Source: an uncultured Verrucomicrobiae bacterium
GTDB taxonomy: Bacteria; Verrucomicrobiota; Verrucomicrobiia; Palsa-1439
Direction of reading: 5' to 3'
NCBI GenBank assembly: GCA_963812605.1
Contig: CAWEWF010000001.1
Location: 384,001-448,000, forward strand
Length of the DNA: 64,000 nucleotides
Made by a program: the position numbers and the translations under genes. The stretch's first letter is position 1; the number at the start of each line of letters is the position of its first letter. Below, piece by piece: positions 40,123 through 50,265 of this stretch. Under the pieces are notes generated by a model. It did not search any database. It was given only the letters and a program-made list of their open reading frames with translations, and was not told the origin of the DNA.

Positions 40123-42798
40123 ATGACCGAGCCCCAGCGGCCAAACCCCGACGCGTTGCTCGCGGAAATCCAACGCGAGGAACAGTCGGCGAAACGCGGG
40201 CATCTGAAGATCTTCTTCGGCATGTCTCCCGGCGTGGGCAAGACGTATGCGATGCTGGAGGCGGCGCGCGTCCAGAAGGCGGAGGGTGTGGACGTCGTGA
40301 TCGGGATCGTCGAGACACACGGGCGCGTGGAAACGGAAGCGTTGCTGGCGGGGTTGCCGGTCATTCCCCGCAAGAAGATCGAATACCGCGGCGTCACCTT
40401 GCAGGAGATGGACATCGACGCCATTCTCGCGCGGCGACCGGCGCTCGTGCTCGTGGACGAACTGGCCCACACCAACGCGCCGGGCAGCCGCCATCCCAAA
40501 CGCTACCAGGACGCCCTCGAATTGATCGACGCCGGCATCAACGTCTTCGCCACGCTGAATGTCCAGCATTTGGAAAGCCGGCTGGACGTGGTGCAGCAAA
40601 TCTCGGGCGTGGTGGTTCGCGAAGCCGTGCCGGATTCGGTGCTCGACCAGGCCGATGAGATCGAACTCATCGACGTCACGCCCGACCAATTGCGCAAGCG
40701 GCTGGCCGAGGGCAAGGTGTACCTGGGTGAGCGGGCGGCGACGGCGTCGGAGAATTTTTTCCGCGAAGAAACCCTGACCGCGTTGCGTGAGATGGCCTTG
40801 CGCACGACGGCCGAACACGTGGACCAGGAATTGCGCGATGTGATGCGCACGAAGCGCATTGGCGCGCCGTGGAAGTCCGGGCAGCGACTGGGCGTGGGCG
40901 TCGGGCCGAGCCCGTTTTCCGGTCAATTGATCCGCTGGACGCGGCGAATTGCAGCGGCGATGGACGCCCCGTGGGTGGCGGTTTACGTGGAGACTTCGGC
41001 GGCGCTGAACGAGGACGAGAAGCAGCGGCTGACCAAGAATCTTTCGCTGGCCCGGCAGTTGGGCGCGGAAGTGGTGATGACGACCGGCGACGATGTGGCC
41101 AGCGCCCTGCTGGAAACGGCGCGCCAGCAGGGTGTGACGGAGATCGTGGTCGGCAAGCCTTTCGGCAACCGATTGCTCGAATCGCTGCGGGGCGGTTCGT
41201 TGGCGAGCCGGTTGATCCGCCGGGGCGGCGACATCGACGTGCACGTGGTGAGCGGAGCCACGCGCACCGGCGTGCGCGCGCGCCGTCCCTGGACACAGCA
41301 CGTGGGGACGAATCTTTTGCGCGATTGCGCCGTGGGAGTGGGCGCGGTGGCGGCGACGACCGTGGTGGGTTGGTTGTTGCAGGCCGTGACGGGATACATG
41401 GCCATCTCGCTGGTGTATCTCTTGAGCGTGGTGTTGCTGGCGATGGTGTTGAATCGGTGGGCCGTGCTGTTGGTGGCCACGTTGAGCGCGCTGGCGTGGA
41501 ATTATCTTTTCATTCCCCCGCTGTACACGTTTCGGATCACCTCGGCGCATGATTTGATGATGTTTTCGATGTTCTTCGTGGTGGCGCTGGCGATGGGGCA
41601 CATCACGCACCAGTTGCGCACGCGCGAGACGGCGGAACGCCGGCGCGAGCGGCGGGCCTCGGCGTTGAATCGGTTGCTGGAAAGCGTGACCGCGAGCGCT
41701 TCGCTGGAGGACGGGCTGGCGCGCGCGGTGAAGGAGGTGGACGCGCTGTTTCGGTCGCGGACGGTGATTTTATTGACGACGGCGGAAGGGCGTCTTGAAG
41801 AAGCGCCACATGCGGCGAGCACGTTTTCCGTCACCGCCAAGGAGCGCGCGGTGGCGGCCTGGGCGATCGAACACGGACAGGCGGCGGGACGGTTTACCGA
41901 CACGCTGCCGGACGCACAGGGATTGTACTTGCCGCTGCAGACATCGAAGAGCAAGCTCGGCGTGATGGGGGTGTATTTTGAGGAGCGCGACACCTGGACG
42001 CTCGACGAAAACGATTTGCTGGAGACGTTCGCAGGCCAGATCGCGGTGATGATCGAAAGTTATCGCTCGATTGAGACCGCCCAGCAGGCGCGCGTGGCCG
42101 AGGAATCGGAGCGGCTCCACCGGACGCTGCTGGATTCCGTTTCGCATGAGTTGAAAACTCCGCTGGCGGTGATCAGTGCGGCGACGGACGGGCTGGACAC
42201 GGTCGTGAAAGACGCCGGGTTGCCGCTAACGGAGACGTTTTTGGATGAGATCAAGGCGGCGAACCGGCGCTTGAACCGCATCGTGACCAACCTGCTCGAC
42301 ATGACGCGCATCGATTCGGGACGGCTGCCGTTGAACCTCGAGTGGGGGGAAGGTCGCGAGTTGCTGGAGTCAGCCGTGAGCCAGGTTGAAAACGAGGTTT
42401 CCCGGGAACGCGTGCATATCACGGTGCCGGAAGACCTGCCGCTGGTGCGGCTGGATTTTGGCCTGATGGAGCAGGCGTTGTGCAACCTGCTCGTCAACGC
42501 CGCGGAGCACAGTCCCGCTTCGGCGTCGATTGAAATGTCGGCGCAACTCGATGGCGGCACGCTGCTGTTGCGCATCCGCGACCATGGCCCGGGGCTGGCT
42601 CCCGGCGAGGAAAAGAAAGTGTTCGAAAAATTCTTTCGGGGCAGCGGTTCGCGGCCCGGCGGCACGGGACTGGGCTTGTCCATCGTGCAAGGGATCGCGC
42701 GCGCCCATCACGGCGAGATCGACGCCGAGAACAATCCCGAGGGTGGCGCGGCCTTCACGATTCGCGTGCCCGTGGAAACGACGGTAAGGCCGGTATGA
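40123..42798 (+). CDS. kdpD: Sensor histidine kinase KdpD
   Basis: PGVGKTYAML, DELAHTN, USP domain, 4 TM, VSHELKTPL, GTGLGL. Confidence 0.97.
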   Translation: MTEPQRPNPDALLAEIQREEQSAKRGHLKIFFGMSPGVGKTYAMLEAARVQKAEGVDVVIGIVETHGRVETEALLAGLPVIPRKKIEYRGVTLQEMDIDAILARRPALVLVDELAHTNAPGSRHPKRYQDALELIDAGINVFATLNVQHLESRLDVVQQISGVVVREAVPDSVLDQADEIELIDVTPDQLRKRLAEGKVYLGERAATASENFFREETLTALREMALRTTAEHVDQELRDVMRTKRIGAPWKSGQRLGVGVGPSPFSGQLIRWTRRIAAAMDAPWVAVYVETSAALNEDEKQRLTKNLSLARQLGAEVVMTTGDDVASALLETARQQGVTEIVVGKPFGNRLLESLRGGSLASRLIRRGGDIDVHVVSGATRTGVRARRPWTQHVGTNLLRDCAVGVGAVAATTVVGWLLQAVTGYMAISLVYLLSVVLLAMVLNRWAVLLVATLSALAWNYLFIPPLYTFRITSAHDLMMFSMFFVVALAMGHITHQLRTRETAERRRERRASALNRLLESVTASASLEDGLARAVKEVDALFRSRTVILLTTAEGRLEEAPHAASTFSVTAKERAVAAWAIEHGQAAGRFTDTLPDAQGLYLPLQTSKSKLGVMGVYFEERDTWTLDENDLLETFAGQIAVMIESYRSIETAQQARVAEESERLHRTLLDSVSHELKTPLAVISAATDGLDTVVKDAGLPLTETFLDEIKAANRRLNRIVTNLLDMTRIDSGRLPLNLEWGEGRELLESAVSQVENEVSRERVHITVPEDLPLVRLDFGLMEQALCNLLVNAAEHSPASASIEMSAQLDGGTLLLRIRDHGPGLAPGEEKKVFEKFFRGSGSRPGGTGLGLSIVQGIARAHHGEIDAENNPEGGAAFTIRVPVETTVRPV

Positions 42799-43481
42799 GC
42801 GCGGAGCACACGGTACTGGTCATCGATGATGAACCGCCGATTCGCCGGCTGCTGCGGCTGACGCTGGAGCCGCATGGTTATCGCGTGTTCGAGGCCGACA
42901 GCGGGCAACTGGGTTTGCAAGAGGCGGCGGCGCGACGTCCCGATGTGATCGTTCTTGATTTGGGATTGCCCGACATGGAAGGCCTCGCGGTCTTGAAGCG
43001 ATTGCGGGAATGGAGCCAGACGCCGGTGCTGGTGTTGTCCGTGCGCGACCGCGAGGCGGACAAGGTGGCGGCGCTGGACAACGGCGCGGACGATTACCTG
43101 ACGAAACCGTTTGGCACGGAGGAACTGCTGGCGCGGATGCGGGCCGTGCAGCGTCGCGCGCCCGAGGCGCAGGAAGAGCCGGTGTTTGTGAGCGGCGACC
43201 TGAGCGTTGACCTGGCGGGGCGGATGGTGACCGTGAAGAAGAAGGAAGTGCACCTGACGGCGACGGAGTATGCGCTCTTGCGCGAGCTGGTCCGCCACGC
43301 GGGAAAGGTCGTCATGCACGCGCAACTCCTGCGCGCCGTATGGGGCCCGAACTCCGAGAACCAGTCGCAATACCTGCGCGTGTACATCACGCATCTGCGC
43401 AAGAAGCTGGAAACCCCGACGAGTGGGAAGTTGATCCAAACCGAGCCGGGGATCGGGTATCGGTTGCTGGCGAGTGAGTAA
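42795..43481 (+). CDS. kdpE: Response regulator KdpE
   Basis: DDEP, LDLGLPD, GADDYLTKPF, YLRVYITHLRKKLE, TEPGIGYR. Confidence 0.96.
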   Translation: MSAEHTVLVIDDEPPIRRLLRLTLEPHGYRVFEADSGQLGLQEAAARRPDVIVLDLGLPDMEGLAVLKRLREWSQTPVLVLSVRDREADKVAALDNGADDYLTKPFGTEELLARMRAVQRRAPEAQEEPVFVSGDLSVDLAGRMVTVKKKEVHLTATEYALLRELVRHAGKVVMHAQLLRAVWGPNSENQSQYLRVYITHLRKKLETPTSGKLIQTEPGIGYRLLASE

Positions 43482-43517
43482 CGAGCTTGGTATTCCACGC
43501 GCGCCTGTGAATGAGGG

Positions 43518-43545
43518 TTGACAATAGTAACATAAATGTTACTAT
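43518..43545 (+). promoter_or_regulatory. TA promoter with palindromic operator
   Basis: TTGACA, then perfect inverted repeat ATAGTAACAT-AA-ATGTTACTAT abutting the ATG. Confidence 0.8.
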
Positions 43546-43851
43546 ATGGCCGAGACTTTTCAAATTCGTGAATACACCGAGGCTGGACGGTCGCCATTCG
43601 CGAAATGGTTTGGCGATCTGGACGCCGTGACGGCGGCGCGAGTGGATCGCTACCTCCGGCGGCTGGAGGCGGGCAACTTCGGCGCAGCCAAGCCGCTGCG
43701 TGATGGCGTGTTTGAGTTGCGACTGGATTTCGGTCCGGGCTACCGTGTGTATTACGGGCGTGACGGCAAGACTGTCGTCGTTTTGTTGGGCGGCGGGAGC
43801 AAGCGGCGACAGGACGCCGACATTGCGGCCGCTGTGGAACGATGGAAGTGA
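43546..43851 (+). CDS. RelE/HigB-like addiction module toxin
   Basis: GRSPFAKWF, GNFG, GVFELRLDFGPGYRVYYG, LLGGGSKRRQ. Confidence 0.92.
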   Translation: MAETFQIREYTEAGRSPFAKWFGDLDAVTAARVDRYLRRLEAGNFGAAKPLRDGVFELRLDFGPGYRVYYGRDGKTVVVLLGGGSKRRQDADIAAAVERWK

Positions 43852-43873
43852 TACAAACAGGCAAAAGCAAAAA

Positions 43874-44197
43874 ATGGCACTCACACGAGACTATAAAGAA
43901 ACGGTCGTGGCGCGGATCAAACGCGACCGGAAATTTGCGCGGGCACTTTATGCCGAGGCGATAAACGCGTTCCTGGCGGGCGAAACCGCTGAGGGGCTTT
44001 CCATGCTGCGGGATTTGGTCCACGCTGAAATCACCTTCAAGGAACTGGCGCGACAGACCGGCTTGGGCGAAAAGACACTGCACCGGATGCTCAACCGTCG
44101 GGGGAACCCCACCGCGCGCAATTTGGGCGTGATCGTCAAGAGCATCGCGGAAGATCTGGGCATCAAACCGCGTGTGGAATGGGCCGTGGGGCGTTGA
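43874..44197 (+). CDS. HTH addiction module antitoxin
   Basis: MALTRDYKETV, FKELARQTG...LHRML..RGNPTARNL. Confidence 0.88.
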   Translation: MALTRDYKETVVARIKRDRKFARALYAEAINAFLAGETAEGLSMLRDLVHAEITFKELARQTGLGEKTLHRMLNRRGNPTARNLGVIVKSIAEDLGIKPRVEWAVGR

Positions 44198-44287
44198 GGG
44201 CGCAACTGCTCAACTATTAAGATGAAGGGGGGAAATATCTTCTCTGCATACGACCCACGGAGCAGATTACAGGGTGATTTGGACGGC

Positions 44288-44367
44288 GGCAAGCGGGACG
44301 CTCGCCCTACAAGCAACTTGGAAACATGTAGCAGACGGAGCAGACGCAGGCCGAAGCCTGCGGCCAC
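44288..44367. repeat. REP-like palindromes
   Basis: ggcaagcgggacgctcgccctac and gcaggccgaagcctgcggccac. Confidence 0.6.
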
Positions 44368-44442
44368 AGGATGATGTGGATAGTTGGGCCGGTTATCGAA
44401 TGGCCTATCCCTGTGCAGGTCGTCGCTCCGCGCCGCTCCGGG

Positions 44443-44880
44443 CTACTTGGTTTCCAGATTCCAGTATTCTTTGTAGAGATGATGACCGGCCCATTCCAGG
44501 CCTTTGGGATGCTCCATCAACTCTCGCGCGGCGTCCGGGTGCTTTCGGGTCCACACGATGAACTCCTGCGCCGCCGGCTCATGATCTTTCATGATTTCAT
44601 CCAGCCGCGCCTCGCCGGAATGCGCGCGGATGTAAACATCGACCCTGGTGTCGGGATGTTCAATCGACCAAATCACAAACTCGCGTGAACGGTCCGGATG
44701 GTGACCATCCCATTCGAAGAATTTGGCGGCGGCTTCCGGATGGGCTTTGACCCACAGGCCAAGCGCCTTGGAAGCATCGGGATGGTTTTCCGCCCATTTC
44801 TCTAGGGCCGGCGGACCGGCGAGGGCCAGGCGGGCGATGCCGAGCACGGCCAGGAACGCAAAAAAGACAGATTTCTTCAT
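44443..44880 (-). CDS. Secreted helical-repeat hypothetical protein
   Basis: Signal peptide; repeated W..HP(D/E)AA..F..W units. Confidence 0.7.
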   Translation of the reverse strand: MKKSVFFAFLAVLGIARLALAGPPALEKWAENHPDASKALGLWVKAHPEAAAKFFEWDGHHPDRSREFVIWSIEHPDTRVDVYIRAHSGEARLDEIMKDHEPAAQEFIVWTRKHPDAARELMEHPKGLEWAGHHLYKEYWNLETK

Positions 44881-45133
44881 AAGATGACCTCCGTTTGGTT
44901 GCGTGAATTGATACTGCACTGGTGGAGATTTGTAAAGCTTCCGTAAGCGCAGGCGAACCGACACCTTTGCCAGAGGGGTCGCAATCCTGGGTGTGCATCA
45001 CGCACCTGCGCCGGCTGGCCTTCTTCTCAGGGAACGAGGCTCGATTTCAACGCCTGTTTTCCAACTTGGTTTTGCGGGGTCGTTAGACACGAGGGAGCGG
45101 GCCGCTGGGTCAACAGATTATTGGGTAATAGGC

Positions 45134-45163
45134 TTGACAGGGCATTGGCGTTTTACCTATCCT
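45134..45163 (+). promoter_or_regulatory. Sigma70-type promoter of the wzc-like gene
   Basis: TTGACA-N18-TATCCT. Confidence 0.5.
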
Positions 45164-45237
45164 AGGGCTCTGGGTTCGGTTGTCTGCTGAGGTTTGCCGA
45201 GTTGTGCAATCCGTCTCCAATCCCGGGCGAAGTTGAC

Positions 45238-47112
45238 ATGCATCAATCGATACCTAATTACCCAAGATCAAACGGGCCGAGGCAATTTTGGTTTCCCTGG
45301 CGCGAGTACGCGCTCGCCCTGTGGGAACAGAGAACGGTCGCCCTCGTCACGTTCGCGCTGGTCGTGACCGGGACGATGATCTGGACGTTCGCGCGGACGC
45401 CCATTTATCGCGCCACGGCAGTCCTCGAGGTGGACAAGGAGGACCCAAAGCTTCCGAGCATTCAGAATGCGGCCAGCGCCGACATGTTCGATGATCAGTA
45501 TTTCAACACCCAGCAACAGATCCTGCAGAGCCGCACGCTTTGTGAACAAGTAATCGATTCACTCTCGTCGGATCAACGCCAACTGATCTTACCGGGTGCG
45601 GGTGCGGACGCGGATTTTGCCGGGGCGTTGCAGGATCGTCTGAGTGTCGATCCGGTGCGAAACAGCCGATTGATTGAGATCCACGTCGATCATTCGAATC
45701 CCCAGGTAGCGGCGCTGTTGGCCAATGCGGTCGCCCAGGAGTTCATTAAGAAACATTCGGAGAAACGGATGTCTCCTTCAACGGAGGCGGTCCGCTGGCT
45801 GCAACAACAAGCCGAAGGATACCAGGAGCAAGTGAAGCAGGGCCATCTGCCGGGCAACTTTGGGCCGGCCCATCCTCAGCAGTCCGGGACAGAAGGTGAC
45901 ACCAATGACTTGAAAACGAAGTTGGATTCCGTCACAAATCCCGCCCTGCTTCCCGCCATTGCCAACAATCCTGAAGTGGCCACATTGCGGCAGCGGTTGA
46001 AGGAAGAGCAGATTCGGATGGCGGTGTTGCGGGAGCGATACAAACCGCAGCATCCGGCCATGATGGCCCTGCAGACGGAATTGAACGAAACTGAAGAGAA
46101 ACTCGCCACCGCCTGCAATGAAGGGCTGGAAGGCATCAAGGCCACCTTCTTGCTGGCTTCGAGATTGGAAAGCAGCAACATCCAATTGGTAGACCCCGTG
46201 CGGCCGCCGCCGAAACCATACAAACCGAACAAAAAGCGCAACGTGATAATAAGCGTCTTTCTCGGGCTCCTCAGTGGCATCGGACTGAGTTTGCTGGCGC
46301 ATTCGGCGGATGATCGTATCAGGACCTATGAAGACGTGGATGCGCTGGGGTTGCCCTTGTTGAGCGGCGTGCCGCACATGAAACACAAGAACGGTCGCCA
46401 TGCCACGCCCGTGGTTCAGGCGGACCCCCACTCCATCGGCGCGGAGGCGTTTCGCAATCTGCGGGCCAGCCTGAACCTGCAGCCGCGCGCGCGCACAGCC
46501 ACAACACTATTATTGACCAGCACGGCGCCTGGCGAAGGCAAATCCCTGGTCGCCGCCAACCTCAGCGTCGCCTTTGCCTCCAACAATGAACGGACGTTGT
46601 TGATTGACGCCGACATGCACCATCCGGTCCAGCACCGGCTATTCAACACGCGCTTCGAGAAAGGCCTGTCCGTGTTTTTGGAGGACTCGACTCCACTGCA
46701 AGAGATTGTTCACAAGACCGCTATTGCCAATCTGGACGTCATCACCGTCGGTGACATCCCGAACAATCCAGCCGAACTGCTCGGCTCCTCACGTCTGCTG
46801 AGGCTTTTGCAGGAAGCCCGCGAACAATACCAGCGCATCGTCATCGACAGTCCTCCGGTGACAGGCGTCAGCGACCCCCTTGTCCTGTTGCCACACGTTC
46901 AAGGTGTCATCTTCGTTGTCGGATTCGGCAAGATTCGCCGGGAAATTGTCACCCGCACCATGCAGAGGCTGCGCGAATGCGAAGCGCCCCTGCTGGGCAT
47001 TGTTCTCAACAACATCGATTTGCAGAGCCACGCGCAGTACTACTACCCCTACCGTTACTCGTATTACTACCAGCGAAAGAAGCCAGATATCGCCGGGGCG
47101 TTACAGGAGTAA
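45238..47112 (+). CDS. Polysaccharide co-polymerase/BY tyrosine autokinase (Wzc-like)
   Basis: PIYRATA, two TMs, AEAFRNLR, STAPGEGKS, IDADMH, IDSPP, Tyr cluster YYYPYRYSYYY. Confidence 0.92.
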   Translation: MHQSIPNYPRSNGPRQFWFPWREYALALWEQRTVALVTFALVVTGTMIWTFARTPIYRATAVLEVDKEDPKLPSIQNAASADMFDDQYFNTQQQILQSRTLCEQVIDSLSSDQRQLILPGAGADADFAGALQDRLSVDPVRNSRLIEIHVDHSNPQVAALLANAVAQEFIKKHSEKRMSPSTEAVRWLQQQAEGYQEQVKQGHLPGNFGPAHPQQSGTEGDTNDLKTKLDSVTNPALLPAIANNPEVATLRQRLKEEQIRMAVLRERYKPQHPAMMALQTELNETEEKLATACNEGLEGIKATFLLASRLESSNIQLVDPVRPPPKPYKPNKKRNVIISVFLGLLSGIGLSLLAHSADDRIRTYEDVDALGLPLLSGVPHMKHKNGRHATPVVQADPHSIGAEAFRNLRASLNLQPRARTATTLLLTSTAPGEGKSLVAANLSVAFASNNERTLLIDADMHHPVQHRLFNTRFEKGLSVFLEDSTPLQEIVHKTAIANLDVITVGDIPNNPAELLGSSRLLRLLQEAREQYQRIVIDSPPVTGVSDPLVLLPHVQGVIFVVGFGKIRREIVTRTMQRLRECEAPLLGIVLNNIDLQSHAQYYYPYRYSYYYQRKKPDIAGALQE

Positions 47113-47201
47113 TCTTCCAAAGGCCGAGCGTCGCAGACAAGGTGCTGCGGCAGAAACGGGCACGTCTCGAAGTGAATCTGTCCAGAGTACAGAGTTGACC
47201 C

Positions 47202-47229
47202 CAATGCCCCCCAATGCCCCCAATGCCCC
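47202..47229. repeat. Short tandem repeat (about 3 x caatgcccc)
   Basis: caatgcccc-c-caatgcccc-caatgcccc, intergenic. Confidence 0.7.
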
Positions 47230-47395
47230 ACTTGCTTTAGGTGAAACTGTGCTTTGGGTCGAGTGCGATCTGTGCGGTCGTGCGTTCGGTGGGCCAGGTG
47301 TGAAGAAGGCGGTTACTGTTTGTGCTTTCCTAGCGGTCGAATGAGGGGTCTAATTGGTTTCGTAAACTTGGCCGTTTTGAAGGGGAAAGACATAA

Positions 47396-47893
47396 ATGCG
47401 TAGTCTGCTTGTATTCATTGTGTTTCTCACGGGATGCGCTCACCAATCGCAAAGTGGCATCATGCACGTGATTGCTGCTAATTGCCGTTCTCCGCGTATT
47501 GAGCGCTGCCTCTCTTATTGGGCAACGTATGATGCAGAGAATTATTCGCTACATGCCACAAATCACTTTTACGTCGGCGCAACGGAGATTCGACGTGGTG
47601 AGCTGATATCAGCTCTGGTTTATTGGAAGGAGGAAAGGACGATCCTATTCTACGAAGGGCTTGCAGATTGGATGCCATTGGAGGGATCAGAGGCATTAGC
47701 CTGGCGGGGTGGCGGATTGAAACTTGGTAGAGACGCAGTTGATACAGTCGAGGACATTGGCGGAAGCTCGTATTTGGAGCCCCATCGTCGATGGGTGGAT
47801 TGGATGGAACAGTGCATTTCCAAGGGCAAGCTGTATGTGATTACTTTGGCCGAAGCAACAAAGCTGTGCCCGAATACGTCAACGAAGCCTTAG
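47396..47893 (+). CDS. Hypothetical lipoprotein (lower GC)
   Basis: Lipobox LTGC; 165 aa. Confidence 0.7.
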   Translation: MRSLLVFIVFLTGCAHQSQSGIMHVIAANCRSPRIERCLSYWATYDAENYSLHATNHFYVGATEIRRGELISALVYWKEERTILFYEGLADWMPLEGSEALAWRGGGLKLGRDAVDTVEDIGGSSYLEPHRRWVDWMEQCISKGKLYVITLAEATKLCPNTSTKP

Positions 47894-48025
47894 ACAGGGC
47901 GCGCCCCTCTCGGAAGTTCAAATCGCAGGGTTCGCAAATCGTCCAGAGCGGGGACGCCTTTTTGTGCTTTCCTCGCAATTCAATCAGGGGTGTAATGAGA
48001 TGGTCGTCTTGTGGACGTAAGGGAG

Positions 48026-48331
48026 ATGAAGGCTAGCACATATACTTTTGCCACAGTACCGCTTATTCTGTTTGCGACTGGAGTGTTCTTTGCTGTGCAT
48101 AAAACCACGGCGCGGCCAGGGATTGGATTTCCCGAAATGTGCATGCTGATCGCAGTCGCATTTAGTGGCTGCGGAATTCTCGTTGGTATCAGGTGTATTA
48201 CGCAAGCGCGTCAGAAACAGGAAGGGGGAGTCTTCGGACTGATTGCAGCGACCTGTCTAGCTGCCTTTCCTCTCCTAATTATGATTGCGTCACTCTGCAT
48301 CGTGGCGGTGAGGGGATTCCTAATGCCTTAG
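48026..48331 (+). CDS. Hypothetical 3-TM membrane protein (lower GC)
   Basis: AAGGGAG RBS; three hydrophobic segments. Confidence 0.65.
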   Translation: MKASTYTFATVPLILFATGVFFAVHKTTARPGIGFPEMCMLIAVAFSGCGILVGIRCITQARQKQEGGVFGLIAATCLAAFPLLIMIASLCIVAVRGFLMP

Positions 48332-48383
48332 GTTTAGAACCTGAAGTCTAAAGGTTCGCAAATCGTTCAAAGCGGGGAGCGAA

Positions 48384-50186
48384 TTATCCCGCCGGGTCTC
48401 TCTCGAGCTGCAGAGGAAAGGCTGCTTTGCCTTGGCGCCAGGTGCCGGAGAGTTTGCCACCTTCGAGTTTTCCATTAAAAGCACCGCCGATCCCGTTCCA
48501 CTCCAGCAGGAGGTTGGGATAGATAAACTGCGCGCCCGACGCCGGTATTCCGACGGCTCCTTGATCGGGACTGTCCATGGTCGCGGAATAGCGAACCATC
48601 CGGCATCAGGGCGATATTGAACACCACGCGCAACGCGGTGTTTTTAATGGTAATTGCGCCTTTCCAGTGGCCCTCGACCTGATAGCTGGCTCCCTGGCCG
48701 TAATTTTTTTCCGCCGCGGCTGTTGCTGGCGTATTCGATTCAACAAGTCGGAAGGTCAACGGAAACTTCTTGTCTCCCTGGGTCCATGTGCCCGTCATTT
48801 GGCGGCCATCGAGACTCCCAGCAAACTCGCCACCGATGGCGCTCATCTCGATTCTGATCGCAGGCCTATGATAGGTCAGGGACGTAACGGGCAGGTTCCT
48901 GGCGCCCTGATCCAGGCTGTCCAATTGGGCATGAAATGTTCCTGGATGTCGGCTCGGCAATTCTCAAGTTCAACCGCAACGCGGCGTTCCCGTCCGTAAA
49001 CACTCCCTCCCACGCGCCCTGCAATTCGGAATCCGGTCGTGGCGCATACTCTTCCGCCGTCATTGGTTCCTCGACACGGTCAGCCTCGTTGGTCCGTTTG
49101 AGAGTCAATTCAAACGATCGGTTGAGCTGGCTCCAGGTGCCCGACATTTCTGTTCTGTCTTCGCTTAACGCGGCTTGAAAGTCGGCGTGTTCGGCCGGCA
49201 ATTCGGCGTGGATGGAATTCGGCCGGGCCCAGAGTTTGGCGACCGGAATATCTTTCAGCCCCTGGTCGATCGAGTCCAGCCGGGCATAGTAGGTGTCATT
49301 CGTCGGGCGAATCTTAAGAACGAAGCGCAACTGGGTCGGGAATACTGACAGGGTGCCCTCCCAATCGCCCTGCATCGCGGCCAGGGCGGACTTTGTCCGC
49401 GAGGTGTTGACGGTTTTGACTATCACCGTTGTGGTTCCGGCAGCGAGCAGGGCAACCACGCCTGCCACGACGGTTGTTTTTGCTTTTGTCCATGCCATAA
49501 ATTTCAAAGTTCCTTTAATGAGGGTTACGGTTGATGCGGAGACGGTGGATCCGGCAGCCACCGTCGCGGAAATCGTCGTTGCCAATCCCAGCCGGCGCAG
49601 CTTGGACCGAATTCGCCGAAACCGTTCCGGCAAGGAGTACGCCAGAAAGTGTCACGCCGCGTTTCGTGAAAAATCTCTGCAACTTTTCCAGGGCGCGGTT
49701 CACCCGCATTTTCGCGGCGTCTTCGCTGGCGCCCAGTGCCGCGCCGACTTCCTGCAAACTTTTGTTTTGGAAAAACCGGAGAACGATGGCCTGCCGATCT
49801 TTTTCATTCAGTCCGCCAAGGGCCGTGTCCAGCAGCGGGGCGATTTGCTGCCACGCCTCGTCTGCCGATTCGTTCAATAGTGATTGCATGTACGCCTCCT
49901 GTTCGCGTTGCGCGCGGCGACGCTGGATTTTCAAGGCGTCGGCGGCGGCAAAACAGGCGGTGCGATGAAGCCAACTGGGGATAATTGTGTCCGGACCGAG
50001 GGTGCTCGCCTTGCGCGCCAGGATGAGAAACACGGCCTGCGTCACTTCCTCGGCGAGATGCGGATCGCGCACTTGCCGCACCGCCGCGGAATAAACGAGG
50101 TTAACGTGACGGGCGACCAGCGTTGCAAACGCCTGTTCGGACCCGCGGGCGACGTAATCCCGCACCAGTTTCATGTCGTCATTCAT
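48384..50186 (-). CDS. ECF sigma factor with a TM helix and three extracytoplasmic beta-rich repeats; three frameshifts
   Basis: [39 protein letters not shown]; continues in ORFs 48866..49633, 48475..48960 and 48384..48599 with repeats GxWxG...DSxDQG...GTWxQ. Confidence 0.85.
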
Positions 50187-50265
50187 CCTTCATCTAATAC
50201 ATGGACGCCCAATCGAAAAGGTAACAGTCTTTTTTTAGCCAACGGTGAGGCCGTGGTGAAAGAAT

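Noticed and set aside
47202-47229. 9-bp tandem repeat as CRISPR or iteron
   Set aside because: Only three short units, with no spacers, no cas genes and no rep gene.
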